Source: Granulosicoccaceae bacterium (GTDB taxonomy: Bacteria > Pseudomonadota > Gammaproteobacteria > Granulosicoccales > Granulosicoccaceae). Taken from it: a DNA stretch of 24,000 bases. The position numbers and the translations under genes were made by a program. Location: contig OZ244967.1 in the NCBI GenBank assembly GCA_965222695.1, forward strand, positions 2,977,782 through 3,001,781, written 5' to 3'. Below the pieces are notes generated by a model that was given only the letters and a program-made list of their open reading frames with translations, was not told the origin of the DNA and searched no databases. Of the stretch, positions 9,382 to 18,159 are shown one piece after another (within the stretch, counting starts at the first letter, position 1; the number at the start of each line of letters is the position of its first letter).

Positions 9382-9798
9382 TTATTCATTTCTGAGTTTA
9401 TATATTTGTCGTCTTTGTTTTTTATTAGGTTTGCCTTCACTCCGGATTCCGCGTTCCAATATTCTCAGTTCGCGTAAATGCAAGGCGTGTTCTTCTCTTT
9501 TCTTTACACTCTCGAAACTTTCTTTATACAGTTTCCTGGCTTCACTTGCCGGTCCACGCCTGTGACTGATGTCACGTACTACAACATCATACTCGTAATC
9601 GCCGCGACGGATCAGCAGTTTTGCGCCTATATGCACAGGCTTTGACGGCTTGATCCGATTACCGTTTAACTGAACCCTACCGCCGTTTACCGCCTCCGCT
9701 GCAAGGCTTCGGGATTTAAAAAACCGGGCGGCCCAGAGCCATTTGTCGACCCTGATTGATGATTGCATGTCTTGCATTTGCGATTTAGCGGAACACAT
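9382..9798 (-). CDS. hslR: S4-domain RNA-binding protein, Hsp15 family
   Basis: IRVDKWLWAARFFKSRSLAAEAVNGGRVQLNGNRIKPSKPVHIGAKLLIRRG. The start may be the internal Met (MQSSIRVDKW). Confidence 0.88.
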   Translation of the reverse strand: MCSAKSQMQDMQSSIRVDKWLWAARFFKSRSLAAEAVNGGRVQLNGNRIKPSKPVHIGAKLLIRRGDYEYDVVVRDISHRRGPASEARKLYKESFESVKKREEHALHLRELRILERGIRSEGKPNKKQRRQIYKLRNE

Positions 9799-9831
9799 AT
9801 AAAAGGATCATTTATTTTCGAATAACCAGTT

Positions 9832-10506
9832 TTAATTACTATTTGGATAAAGCTTTCGATATCGCCTGTAATCGGTTTTCGTGTCTATATCCCACAAATA
9901 CCCATGTATATTGACTTTCCAACCCCGGCTATACGCTGAATTAAGCGTTTGTTTTAATACCGAGGACGTCCCCCAATCCTTGGCGGAAAAAAAAACGTGA
10001 CTAAACGATTTACCTGCAATCAGCACATATCCGCCATCTTCTGCAGCTACCAGTTCAAGCTGCCGAATGGCCAAATACTCTTCAACTTGTAATATTCGAT
10101 TGCAATCCAAATCAGGACAATCTGTTCCGATCAGTATGACCGAACCATGGCGCAGAAGGCCAAACTGAAAGGCAAAAGCCATGCGCTCTCCAAGATTCTT
10201 GCCTTTTTGCAACCTAAACCCCAGCCGGGGATAGGCGGTCAATAGTTGCCGGTAGAAAGGCATTTCCGCCGAACTATCTCCCCACAATTCCATGCGAAAA
10301 TGTGCGGGCAGCTTTGTAAATTTTTTGACACATTTCCTGACAAGACTTGCATGAAGCTCGGCTGCTTCAACCGGGCTTAGTACTTCATGCAACCGCGTTT
10401 TTACCATTCCTGCAGTCGGATATTTTGCAAAGATTTGTAATACCGGTAATGCAGCCCTAGTTCTCAGCATAGTACCAATGGTGCAATCGATCGGGATTGA
10501 TGCCAA
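9832..10506 (-). CDS. DUF2064 / TIGR04282-type arsenosugar-biosynthesis-associated glycosyltransferase-like protein
   Basis: LQIFAKYPTAGMVKTRLHEVLSPVEAAELH..., GERMAFAFQFGLL, VILIGTDCPDL, LVAAEDGGYVLIA. The start may be the internal MLRTRAALP (about 10470). Confidence 0.85.
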   Translation of the reverse strand: MASIPIDCTIGTMLRTRAALPVLQIFAKYPTAGMVKTRLHEVLSPVEAAELHASLVRKCVKKFTKLPAHFRMELWGDSSAEMPFYRQLLTAYPRLGFRLQKGKNLGERMAFAFQFGLLRHGSVILIGTDCPDLDCNRILQVEEYLAIRQLELVAAEDGGYVLIAGKSFSHVFFSAKDWGTSSVLKQTLNSAYSRGWKVNIHGYLWDIDTKTDYRRYRKLYPNSN

Positions 10507-11206
10507 TAAAATATAAAAATCGGATCATCCACATTTTAATTACCGTTCTAAAAACACCGTTTTGCTCCCAACGCCGGGCCGATGTAGTCACTCTGACCTT
10601 CAGACACAGCGGGTGAGTTCGCTTTCTCAATTTCTTGCTGATCCCTATATCTTCCATCAAAGCTATCTCTGGGTAGCCACCACATTGTTCGAACAGTGAC
10701 CGACTGACGAAGATCGCCTGATCACCGGTGACAACGCCGGTCCAACAGGAGCGCAGATTCATCATAAAGGAAATAATCCGAAAAATGATCGCTTCGTTCT
10801 GTATACGGATATTACACCTGCCCCATGACAGGTCGGATGTCTTCAGGCAGGCTGCCAGAATCGCACGATCTGCAAATTCGGGAACGCGGGAATCGGCATG
10901 AAGAAACCAGAGGATTTTATGCCTCGCCTGCTGAGCACCGCGATTCATTTGAGTCGCCCTTCCTTTATGATGACGAATGACTTCGTTACTAATGGAAAGT
11001 GCAACTTCAATACTGCCATCGATACTGCCGCCATCGACAATGATGATTTGATGCCCGCGCCGCTTCAGCATCAGCAAATCTTCTGCCATAACCCGTAGCG
11101 CCGCCTCATCATTTAGTACGGGCACAATCACACTGAGTTGTTGCGGAAAATCAGAATCAACCGAGCGCGCCACCACAACTTGACCCCTGCCCCGCAGTAC
11201 AGGCAT
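10457..11206 (-). CDS. TIGR04283-type (arsenosugar-associated) family 2 glycosyltransferase
   Basis: LSVIVPVLNDEAALR, IIIVDGGSIDGSIEVA, GRATQMNRGAQQARHKILWFLHADSRVPE, GGYPEIALMEDIGISKKLRK. Confidence 0.86.
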   Translation of the reverse strand: MPVLRGRGQVVVARSVDSDFPQQLSVIVPVLNDEAALRVMAEDLLMLKRRGHQIIIVDGGSIDGSIEVALSISNEVIRHHKGRATQMNRGAQQARHKILWFLHADSRVPEFADRAILAACLKTSDLSWGRCNIRIQNEAIIFRIISFMMNLRSCWTGVVTGDQAIFVSRSLFEQCGGYPEIALMEDIGISKKLRKRTHPLCLKVRVTTSARRWEQNGVFRTVIKMWMIRFLYFIGINPDRLHHWYYAEN

Positions 11207-12113
11207 AGCAATGATCGGCTATAGCTATGGGTGACCCCGCATGAATTCCGCCGCTTAATTCGCTGATATGCTGTAAACGACCTCCGCCGGCCGGCATTTT
11301 TAACATCTGGTTGAAATCACAGTCGTATACATATCCTTGATAATCCACACTGATCGTGTTTCTACACATCACAGCCTCTAAATTGGATTCGCAATGCGAT
11401 GACTTCAGCAAATCCATGTACTCATGGAACTGTCCTTTCGAAACCAAGGTACTGCCGAATCGATGAATCGGCAGATTAGCCAATGCCAGTAAACGGTTGA
11501 AGCGAATACCGTGGTTTTCCTCTAAATAGCTCTTGTAATCAGCTTCCAGGCCAGCTTGCGGAGGTGGCAGCACAGGACCCTGAGGGTTATAAACCAGGTC
11601 CAGCGATAGTTCGCTGCCCGGCAGCCCATAACCGACGCCATTAAGTTTCTTTAAACCCCGAATACTCCTTTCATAGACCCCCTTACCCCTTTGTGAGTTG
11701 ACGTTATCTTCGAGATAACACGGCAGGGATGCCACGATATCGACACCCGAATCAGACAAATACTCGGCCAGCTGCTCCTGCCCCGGTTCGAGCAATACGG
11801 TTAGATTACAACGATCGATGACACGGCAACCTTTACGTTTACCGGCCTCAACCAGGGGTTTGAATTGTTTATGCAACTCGGGAGCGCCGCCTGTAAGATC
11901 GATGGTTTGCACATCTGATTCCTCTAAAAACCGGATGATTTGATCGGCAGTTTTTTTATCCATCATTTCGGTGCGCTTCGGCCCTGCATTGACATGGCAG
12001 TGAAGGCAGCTTTGATTGCAGTAGTATCCGAGATTGATCTGGAGAATCTCTAAAGCGGAACGCCTGATGGGAGGAAAGTCGGTTTTTTCCAACAAAGGAA
12101 AGGTCGGGTACAT
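11157..12113 (-). CDS. arsS: Radical SAM protein, arsenosugar biosynthesis ArsS family
   Basis: Radical SAM CxxxCxxC (YYCNQSCLHCHVNAGPKRTE), DLTGGAPEL, GYVYDCDFNQML and the Cys-rich C-terminus CYACTAGQGSSCGGAL. Confidence 0.85.
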   Translation of the reverse strand: MYPTFPLLEKTDFPPIRRSALEILQINLGYYCNQSCLHCHVNAGPKRTEMMDKKTADQIIRFLEESDVQTIDLTGGAPELHKQFKPLVEAGKRKGCRVIDRCNLTVLLEPGQEQLAEYLSDSGVDIVASLPCYLEDNVNSQRGKGVYERSIRGLKKLNGVGYGLPGSELSLDLVYNPQGPVLPPPQAGLEADYKSYLEENHGIRFNRLLALANLPIHRFGSTLVSKGQFHEYMDLLKSSHCESNLEAVMCRNTISVDYQGYVYDCDFNQMLKMPAGGGRLQHISELSGGIHAGSPIAIADHCYACTAGQGSSCGGALG

Positions 12114-12204
12114 GCTCTATTAACCTCTATGCCGTCTTGATGGTTTTCATATTTCTACAAACCCACAGCTTTCTACGGGACAGCGGACAACTGCAGACAT
12201 CTGT

Positions 12205-13011
12205 TCAATTCTTATTCAAAGGCGCTTTTAGCAGAAACAGAAATTCCGTCACGCCGGAATTGCCATGAAATTTTTTGAGTCCGATACTCATGCTGGCATG
12301 TTCCAACCGAGGTTGTTCCTTCCAGCTTGAAAATAGCCGATCCCACAGACTTAGATTGAACCCGAAATTACAGTTTTGTTCCGCATGATCGGTAGAATGG
12401 TGAATCCGATGGACATCCGGGGTGACCAACAACAAACGAAGCACCCTGTCTAACGGCAAAGGAATATAAAAATTGCCATGATTGAACAAGGCCATCGCGT
12501 TGAGAATAATTTCAAACAGTATCACGGCGGCGGCAGGGGCTCCGATCAAAATGATTACCGCGGCTTTGTAGAGCCAGGAAAGCAGGATTTCCAATGGGTG
12601 GAATCTCAGGCCGGTCGTGGTATCAAAATCCGGATCAGCATGATGCACCTGGTGAAGTCGCCACAGAATCGACACACTGTGGGCCAGACGGTGTTGGACA
12701 TAGACGGCCAAATCCAAAAGCACAATCGCGAGAATCATCTCGATGGAAACGGACAGATCCAGCCAGTTAAACAAACCCCAGGCATTCTCTGCCGCCACAG
12801 CCGCTACACCGACAGCTGCAACGGGGAACAGAATCCGCAATAAAACGCTGTTGAATACGACTAGTGAGAGATTGGTCAACCAGCGTTTGGACCTGGGCAC
12901 ACTCAACCTTCGGCGCGGCCAGCGAAACTCCAGCCCCATGACCAGTGCCAGCACACCGAAAAACGCTGCCATCCTGAGCAGAACTTCATTATCGGAAAGG
13001 AAAGAACTCAA
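12205..13011 (-). CDS. Sterol desaturase / fatty acid hydroxylase superfamily membrane protein
   Basis: Histidine boxes HRLAH, HQVHH, HRIHHSTDH with multiple TM segments. Confidence 0.88.
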   Translation of the reverse strand: MSSFLSDNEVLLRMAAFFGVLALVMGLEFRWPRRRLSVPRSKRWLTNLSLVVFNSVLLRILFPVAAVGVAAVAAENAWGLFNWLDLSVSIEMILAIVLLDLAVYVQHRLAHSVSILWRLHQVHHADPDFDTTTGLRFHPLEILLSWLYKAAVIILIGAPAAAVILFEIILNAMALFNHGNFYIPLPLDRVLRLLLVTPDVHRIHHSTDHAEQNCNFGFNLSLWDRLFSSWKEQPRLEHASMSIGLKKFHGNSGVTEFLFLLKAPLNKN

Positions 13012-13032
13012 TCAACCCAGTCCTGAAGTAAT

Positions 13033-13066
13033 CTGTTTGCTATGCGGCTATACTGCGAGCAAACAG
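13033..13066. promoter_or_regulatory. 9-bp perfect inverted repeat in divergent intergenic region (possible operator)
   Basis: CTGTTTGCT (13033-13041), 16-nt spacer, AGCAAACAG (13058-13066), between the sterol-desaturase-family gene and ycgL. Confidence 0.35.
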
Positions 13067-13085
13067 CTAAAAGGTTTAAACACTG

Positions 13086-13373
13086 ATGCATTGTTATGTC
13101 TATAGGAGCCTTAAGAAAAAGGGACTCTATGTGTATATACCCGTTAAAGGGGATTTTACCTCACTCTCCCCGGCAATAAAAAAGGCCGCCGGAGAGCTTG
13201 AGTTCACGCTGGAACTTGAATTGGACGAGAACCGCAAACTGGCCAGTGAAGATCCCATCAAAGTTATACAGAATATAGAAAATAATGGTTTTCATATCCA
13301 GATGCCATCGGATATAGAACCGGTTTTGGCTGCGATATCACAAGCCCACGGGATCCAGGGGCCGCCAGAATAG
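13086..13373 (+). CDS. ycgL: YcgL domain-containing protein
   Basis: MHCYVYRSLKKKGLYVYIPVKGDFTSLSPAI...GFHIQMP matches the YcgL pattern (YRSxKxxxxYLYV...GxxxQLP). Confidence 0.85.
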   Translation: MHCYVYRSLKKKGLYVYIPVKGDFTSLSPAIKKAAGELEFTLELELDENRKLASEDPIKVIQNIENNGFHIQMPSDIEPVLAAISQAHGIQGPPE

Positions 13374-13385
13374 GAATTTTGACTG

Positions 13386-14171
13386 GTGAAACCTTCATTA
13401 AAGCACAGCTTCGGCTTCCGGCCAGTCAGCGAGCAGGAACGCGAATCCAGAATCCGCGATGTTTTTGAGAAAGTGGCCAAGCGTTATGACCTGATGAACG
13501 ACGCGATGAGTTTCGGTATCCATCGTCTGTGGAAGCGGAAAATGGTTCGGATGGCGGACGCCGGTCCGAATGAATTGGTACTGGATGTCGCTGCCGGAAC
13601 CGGTGATGTCGCTAAACGAATTGCAAAATCAGGTTGCACTGTTTACCTCGTGGATCCAAGCTCTGCGATGATGATGGCGGGAAGATCAGGGCATGGCTTG
13701 CAATGTATTGCATCCAGTGCGGAACAATTGGCCTTGCAGGACCATTCGGCAGATAGAATTACCATTGCTTTCGGCATAAGGAACACAACCGATATGGAAT
13801 CGGCGCTGACAGAAATCTACCGAGTTCTCAAACCCGGTGGGAAATGCATAGTCTTAGAGTTTTCAACGCCGGTTTGGTGGCTCAAACCTTTCTACGATCT
13901 CTATTCTTTTTACGTTATACCTCGATTAGGCGCATGGATTGCCAGAGAAAAGGCCGCCTATCAGTACCTGATCGAATCCATTCGAAAATTCCCCGATCAA
14001 AACGAGTTCAGAGACATCATGCGATTCATTGGTTTTGCGGATGTCAGTTACACCAACCTATCCTTCGGTATCGCCTGCATCCATATCGGTAATAAACCTG
14101 GCGATGCCCATGCCCGGTCACAACGACAACAGGTAAGCAATTCCGAACAAAAAGAAAAACCGCCCGGTTAA
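13386..14171 (+). CDS. UbiE/MenG-family methyltransferase
   Basis: HSFGFRPVSEQERESRIRDVFEKVAKRYDLMNDAMSFGIHRLWKR, VLDVAAGTGDVAKRIA, ITIAFGIRNTTDMESALTEIYRVLKPGGKCIVLEFS. Close to UbiE over its length, with an extra polar C-terminal tail. Confidence 0.88.
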   Translation: MKPSLKHSFGFRPVSEQERESRIRDVFEKVAKRYDLMNDAMSFGIHRLWKRKMVRMADAGPNELVLDVAAGTGDVAKRIAKSGCTVYLVDPSSAMMMAGRSGHGLQCIASSAEQLALQDHSADRITIAFGIRNTTDMESALTEIYRVLKPGGKCIVLEFSTPVWWLKPFYDLYSFYVIPRLGAWIAREKAAYQYLIESIRKFPDQNEFRDIMRFIGFADVSYTNLSFGIACIHIGNKPGDAHARSQRQQVSNSEQKEKPPG

Positions 14172-14966
14172 GGGCGTAAGTTGCTTGCGCTGACGGGCAT
14201 TCAAATAGCGGCTGATCGGTATGAGCAAAGGCAACGGCAGGAGCAGCCACCATAGCTGCTCCAAAGCGCCTTGCCATAGTAAAAGCAAGGCAATCACATA
14301 GGCCAGGCTGATTAAGATCCAGTAGAGCAATACCGCATTGTCGTAACCGATTCGAACCGTCAGGGTGCGGACCCGGTTGCGCCTGTCAAGCTCCCAGTCC
14401 CGCAACTCATTACTCAACAAAAGCAAGGACACCAACAGACTGACCGGAATGGATAACTCCACGGCTTGCAATGATAAAGTGCCACTCATACTCATATAGG
14501 CTCCCTGCACCAGTACTATTCCCATCAGGATAAAGACCTGAACCACCGCCAGACCTCTGTGTTTGAAGTTCAAGGGGCCCATATTGTAGTTCAGAGCCAG
14601 GACCGCCGAAGCAAAAATCAGCAGCAGCAAGGGCCAGCCTCTTAAGTACACCAAATAGGCGGCAATCAAGGCGGATAAAGAAAAACACAAGAGTCCAGCC
14701 AAAGCATTTTGAATGATCAATTGCCGGCTTTTATCGCTATCGCAAGCCTCAGAAGCAGAAAAGAATTTGAGATCTTCCAAATCATTGATCAGGTTTATAC
14801 CCGCTTGGGCCAATACAGCGCCCAATAGCACAATAACCGCCAGCGCCGGATTGTCGAAACCTTCCCGCCAGGCCAGAACTATCCCGATTCCGGATGAAAC
14901 GACGGATACCCCCAATGAAAAGGGCCTCAGGGATCTGATAAATCTATACTGCTCCGGCGCTTTCAC
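14118..14966 (-). CDS. UbiA/MenA-family polyprenyltransferase
   Basis: Polytopic membrane protein; first Asp motif GINLINDLEDL and second Asp motif SNELRDWELDRRNRVRTLTVRIG. Confidence 0.82.
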   Translation of the reverse strand: MKAPEQYRFIRSLRPFSLGVSVVSSGIGIVLAWREGFDNPALAVIVLLGAVLAQAGINLINDLEDLKFFSASEACDSDKSRQLIIQNALAGLLCFSLSALIAAYLVYLRGWPLLLLIFASAVLALNYNMGPLNFKHRGLAVVQVFILMGIVLVQGAYMSMSGTLSLQAVELSIPVSLLVSLLLLSNELRDWELDRRNRVRTLTVRIGYDNAVLLYWILISLAYVIALLLLWQGALEQLWWLLLPLPLLIPISRYLNARQRKQLTPLTGRFFFLFGIAYLLSL

Positions 14967-15813
14967 GGCGATCCACCCAAACCAATAATAAGACAGGCAC
15001 CAGCATCATCAAACCATACATCACCGGCACTATGGACATTGTGGGATTAAGCAGCACTCCCTCAGTCACCAATAATGCCATTCCACCGTTTTGCATACCA
15101 ACTTCTATCGCTATGGTCTTTTGCCGGGAATAATTCAAACCGGCCATCTTCGCCAGAGCAAATCCGCAGACTACGGCCATCAGTAACATCAGAGAGATCG
15201 GAGTTCCCACCTGTGATAAAAACACCGGCATGTTTATCCAATGTTCGACGATGATGAGCAGGATCACCACACTGAACATGGCAGTGGCCAGTCGGCTTAA
15301 TTTCGGTTGGGAACGAACGGCCAATCGGGGAAAATAGCGCCTGCTCAGCATGCCCAGAATCAATGGTATCAACATGACCAGTATTAAACGCATCATGGTC
15401 AATACTACGGGGAAATCAACCGATGAAACAGTATCACCAAAATATTGCAGTGCTTGAGATGTCAGCAAGGGCAGGCTGAACGGGGTAATTAAACTGGCAA
15501 CAGCAGTCAGGCTGACCGACAAGGCGACATCGCCTCTGACAAGGTCGGAAAATAAATTGCTGGTCGTACCGCCTGGACTGAAACTCAGTATCAACAGCCC
15601 TATCGCCAGGGCACCGGAAAGTCCCGTCAAGTAAATGACAAGCAAGGCGACAAGCGGAACAAGGACTAATTGGCCAAAAATTCCTATGGTAAATGCCTGA
15701 GGCTGCTGAAATACCCGGCTGAAATCCGAAGCCTCCAATTTCAAGCCTAAACTGACCATAATCATGATCAGCGATATTGGCAACGCGAATTTGATGACTA
15801 AAGCCAATTCCAT
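14944..15813 (-). CDS. Bile acid:sodium symporter (BASS) family transporter
   Basis: Polytopic; LILSFSPGGTTSNLFSDLVRGDVALSVSLTAVASLITPFSLPLL, GFALAKMAGLNYSRQKTIAIEVGMQNGGMALLV. Confidence 0.85.
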   Translation of the reverse strand: MELALVIKFALPISLIMIMVSLGLKLEASDFSRVFQQPQAFTIGIFGQLVLVPLVALLVIYLTGLSGALAIGLLILSFSPGGTTSNLFSDLVRGDVALSVSLTAVASLITPFSLPLLTSQALQYFGDTVSSVDFPVVLTMMRLILVMLIPLILGMLSRRYFPRLAVRSQPKLSRLATAMFSVVILLIIVEHWINMPVFLSQVGTPISLMLLMAVVCGFALAKMAGLNYSRQKTIAIEVGMQNGGMALLVTEGVLLNPTMSIVPVMYGLMMLVPVLLLVWVDRRESAGAV

Positions 15814-15873
15814 GTATTAAGCTAACCCCGCTATTCAATTTTCCGGTCCCTCGTATCTTCAGTTCGGAGACCT

Positions 15874-16716
15874 CTAAGGCAAATCGCTTCTGCGGAAAAT
15901 TCTATAACCAAACCAGGCAAAGAGAATACCCAGCAAAGATGGATAAGCGATTGCCCAGAATATATATCCGGAACGGCCAAAGTTGTCCAGAATAAGATAA
16001 GCGGATGGCCCCAGTAACACCAACTGCGGGTCAAACAACATCATCGCCGCCGTTCGGAAAACCTGTAGAGGATTGACCAGCGCTATGCCCACTATGGTTT
16101 CAACCGCCATTGCTTCCTTGACCATAACTCCCAGCAGAATCAAATCGAGAAACAGCAGCAGAAAAAGCCAGACCAGGAATGCGGCACCCTGGGCAACATC
16201 AGTCGATCTTGCCACGGATGAAATAAACATACCCAAACCGAGAAAACAACAGGTCAGGGCAACAAGAAAAGCTGTATACCATGTTATCTGCAACCACGGT
16301 ACAGCTGCTCCTTTCCCAGAGGCCCATATCACGGCCATGACCATGGCTAAAATCACAGGTGAAAATACAACAACGAAACGGCCCGCGATCTTTCCCCAAT
16401 ACCAGGCACCCAGACTGACGGGTAAAGAAAGCATATACTCATAAATACCGGATTCCCTGTCTCCCGCGACCGAACGAACCGTTGAAATCAATACAAACAG
16501 CGGCAACACCGCCATGGATATCTGCAAGTAAGTAACCAGTAATCGGGATAAGCCCGTAAAGCCCATCACCCGGGATTCAGTCAGTCCGGTGAGAAATAGT
16601 CCGACGATAATTCCGCCGAATACAAGGCTGTAAACCAAAAACCAGCGCGCACGTAAAGACTCGGCAATATCGACTCTCGCTGTAAGCACTAACTGATTCA
16701 TATCATGCCGTCTCAA
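15874..16716 (-). CDS. nosY: ABC-2-type permease of the nos locus, NosY
   Basis: ABC transporter permease (LTARVDIAESLRARWFLVYSLVFGGIIVGLFLTGLTESRVMGFTGLSRLL..., SVAGDRESGIYEYMLSLPVSLGAWYWGKIAGR) adjacent to NosF-type ATPase and NosD. Confidence 0.87.
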   Translation of the reverse strand: MRRHDMNQLVLTARVDIAESLRARWFLVYSLVFGGIIVGLFLTGLTESRVMGFTGLSRLLVTYLQISMAVLPLFVLISTVRSVAGDRESGIYEYMLSLPVSLGAWYWGKIAGRFVVVFSPVILAMVMAVIWASGKGAAVPWLQITWYTAFLVALTCCFLGLGMFISSVARSTDVAQGAAFLVWLFLLLFLDLILLGVMVKEAMAVETIVGIALVNPLQVFRTAAMMLFDPQLVLLGPSAYLILDNFGRSGYIFWAIAYPSLLGILFAWFGYRIFRRSDLP

Positions 16717-17228
16717 TATGTTACTGGTGGTCCATCAGTCAGGGAATGCTGATGATGCTTGTGAATACCAAATCGTCCGTCCGATTCCAGTATATGCTGT
16801 ACAGCCTGCTCAAAAGACAGGGCATTTTCACCGGCATGTTTTTGCGCACCCAGGCCGTAGTCCATAGGCGTGTTATGGTTTTTGACATAGAATGCAGTTT
16901 TTGCGTCCAGCCAATCTCCATTGCCGGCAGCATTAACCCATATTTCGGTGCCTGAGTTGTCTTTCCATGATTGTTGATTCAACCAGACGATGGCACAGCC
17001 GATATCGTCGAACTTGTAAATCGCCGTTTTTTGAGATTCACCGCCACGTATTTGCGCGCTATAGTGTGGATCACCAATAGCCATGGAACATCTTATGCAA
17101 ACCTCACGATCCCATCGCACATCCACAGGGCCGGTACTCGATTCAGTCGAACAGGCAACTAAGCCCGGCACAAACAACATAACAGCAAATAGATCAATGT
17201 AGCGCATGAAGCTGAACTCCTGCTGCAT
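16713..17228 (-). CDS. nosL: NosL-like copper-binding lipoprotein
   Basis: Lipobox-like LFVPGLVAC; VRWDREVCIRCSMAIGDPHYSAQIRGG pattern of NosL-family proteins; His-rich C-terminus HKHHQH; context nosF/nosY. The start may be the internal MRYIDL (17207). Confidence 0.78.
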   Translation of the reverse strand: MQQEFSFMRYIDLFAVMLFVPGLVACSTESSTGPVDVRWDREVCIRCSMAIGDPHYSAQIRGGESQKTAIYKFDDIGCAIVWLNQQSWKDNSGTEIWVNAAGNGDWLDAKTAFYVKNHNTPMDYGLGAQKHAGENALSFEQAVQHILESDGRFGIHKHHQHSLTDGPPVTY

Positions 17229-18090
17229 TATCGGGTTCCGCTTTTTCGTCCAGACTGAATGCCTTGAGCAAGCCCGAGTATCTGGAAATAACGCTGAGAA
17301 ACCTCAAACTGTCCGGTGAAGCAACGTGACCGGTCCAGATCAGGCCGGAATCCGAGCTGTTGAAACCCCATGTCCGTATAGTCTCAGTGAATGCGCGATC
17401 TGCCGACATCAGCTCGATTCTGCATGTCATCAGCCGGTTGAGTTCGCCATGCTCTGCGACCTGATCATTCAACACAATCCTACCCTGATCCAGTTCGACG
17501 ACACGGTTGACCAGCGGTGCGACCTCGTCGAGGCGATGACTGGAGATCATCATTGCCGCCTGATTTTGCCGTTCCGCCAGCAAACCGAACAAGGCATGGC
17601 GCGCATCCGGATCCAGATTGGCGGCAGGTTCGTCCAATATCAGTATCCGGGTATCCCTTCCGAGCGCAATACTGATCAGCAGTTTCTGCTTTTGACCACC
17701 CGATAATTTATTAAAGGGCTGATGTTTGATGGCATCGGGGTTAAGACCCAGAGTATTCGAGATTCGGTAAATTCTCTCTGCCTGAGAGCCACAGACTGCG
17801 GCAGCGAAGTCAATTAACTGCCTGACAGGCATTTTAATGGGCGGAGGCAGTTGAGGCACAAAGCCCGTCATATTCAGAATCGATTGACGATCTTTGCGAG
17901 GATCCCGCTGTTCGATTTCGATAATGCCGCCATAGTTATACTGCCCCAAAAGACACCGAATCAGAGTCGTCTTACCGGCACCATTGGAACCGACAAATGC
18001 AACTCTGTCTCCAACATTCAAATCCAGATCCACATTGCGAAGAACATGTTTGTTCCGAAATGATTTACTGACATCCTGCATGCGGATCAT
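17194..18090 (-). CDS. nosF: ABC transporter ATP-binding protein NosF
   Basis: GSNGAGKTT Walker A, LSGGQKQK signature, ILILDEPAANLD Walker B; overlaps the nosL-like gene. Confidence 0.88.
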   Translation of the reverse strand: MIRMQDVSKSFRNKHVLRNVDLDLNVGDRVAFVGSNGAGKTTLIRCLLGQYNYGGIIEIEQRDPRKDRQSILNMTGFVPQLPPPIKMPVRQLIDFAAAVCGSQAERIYRISNTLGLNPDAIKHQPFNKLSGGQKQKLLISIALGRDTRILILDEPAANLDPDARHALFGLLAERQNQAAMMISSHRLDEVAPLVNRVVELDQGRIVLNDQVAEHGELNRLMTCRIELMSADRAFTETIRTWGFNSSDSGLIWTGHVASPDSLRFLSVISRYSGLLKAFSLDEKAEPDNAAGVQLHALH

Positions 18091-18159
18091 AATGGCTTGC
18101 CTTCACGCATAATATTAAAACCGAATCCCGAGCCACTCTTTCCATGGCCTGCGGCACAT

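Noticed and set aside
13386-14171. Possible ArsM arsenite methyltransferase completing the arsenosugar cluster
   Set aside because: The sequence has clear UbiE/MenG motifs (YDxMNDxMSFGIHRLWKR, LEFSxP) and lacks an ArsM-like cysteine arrangement.
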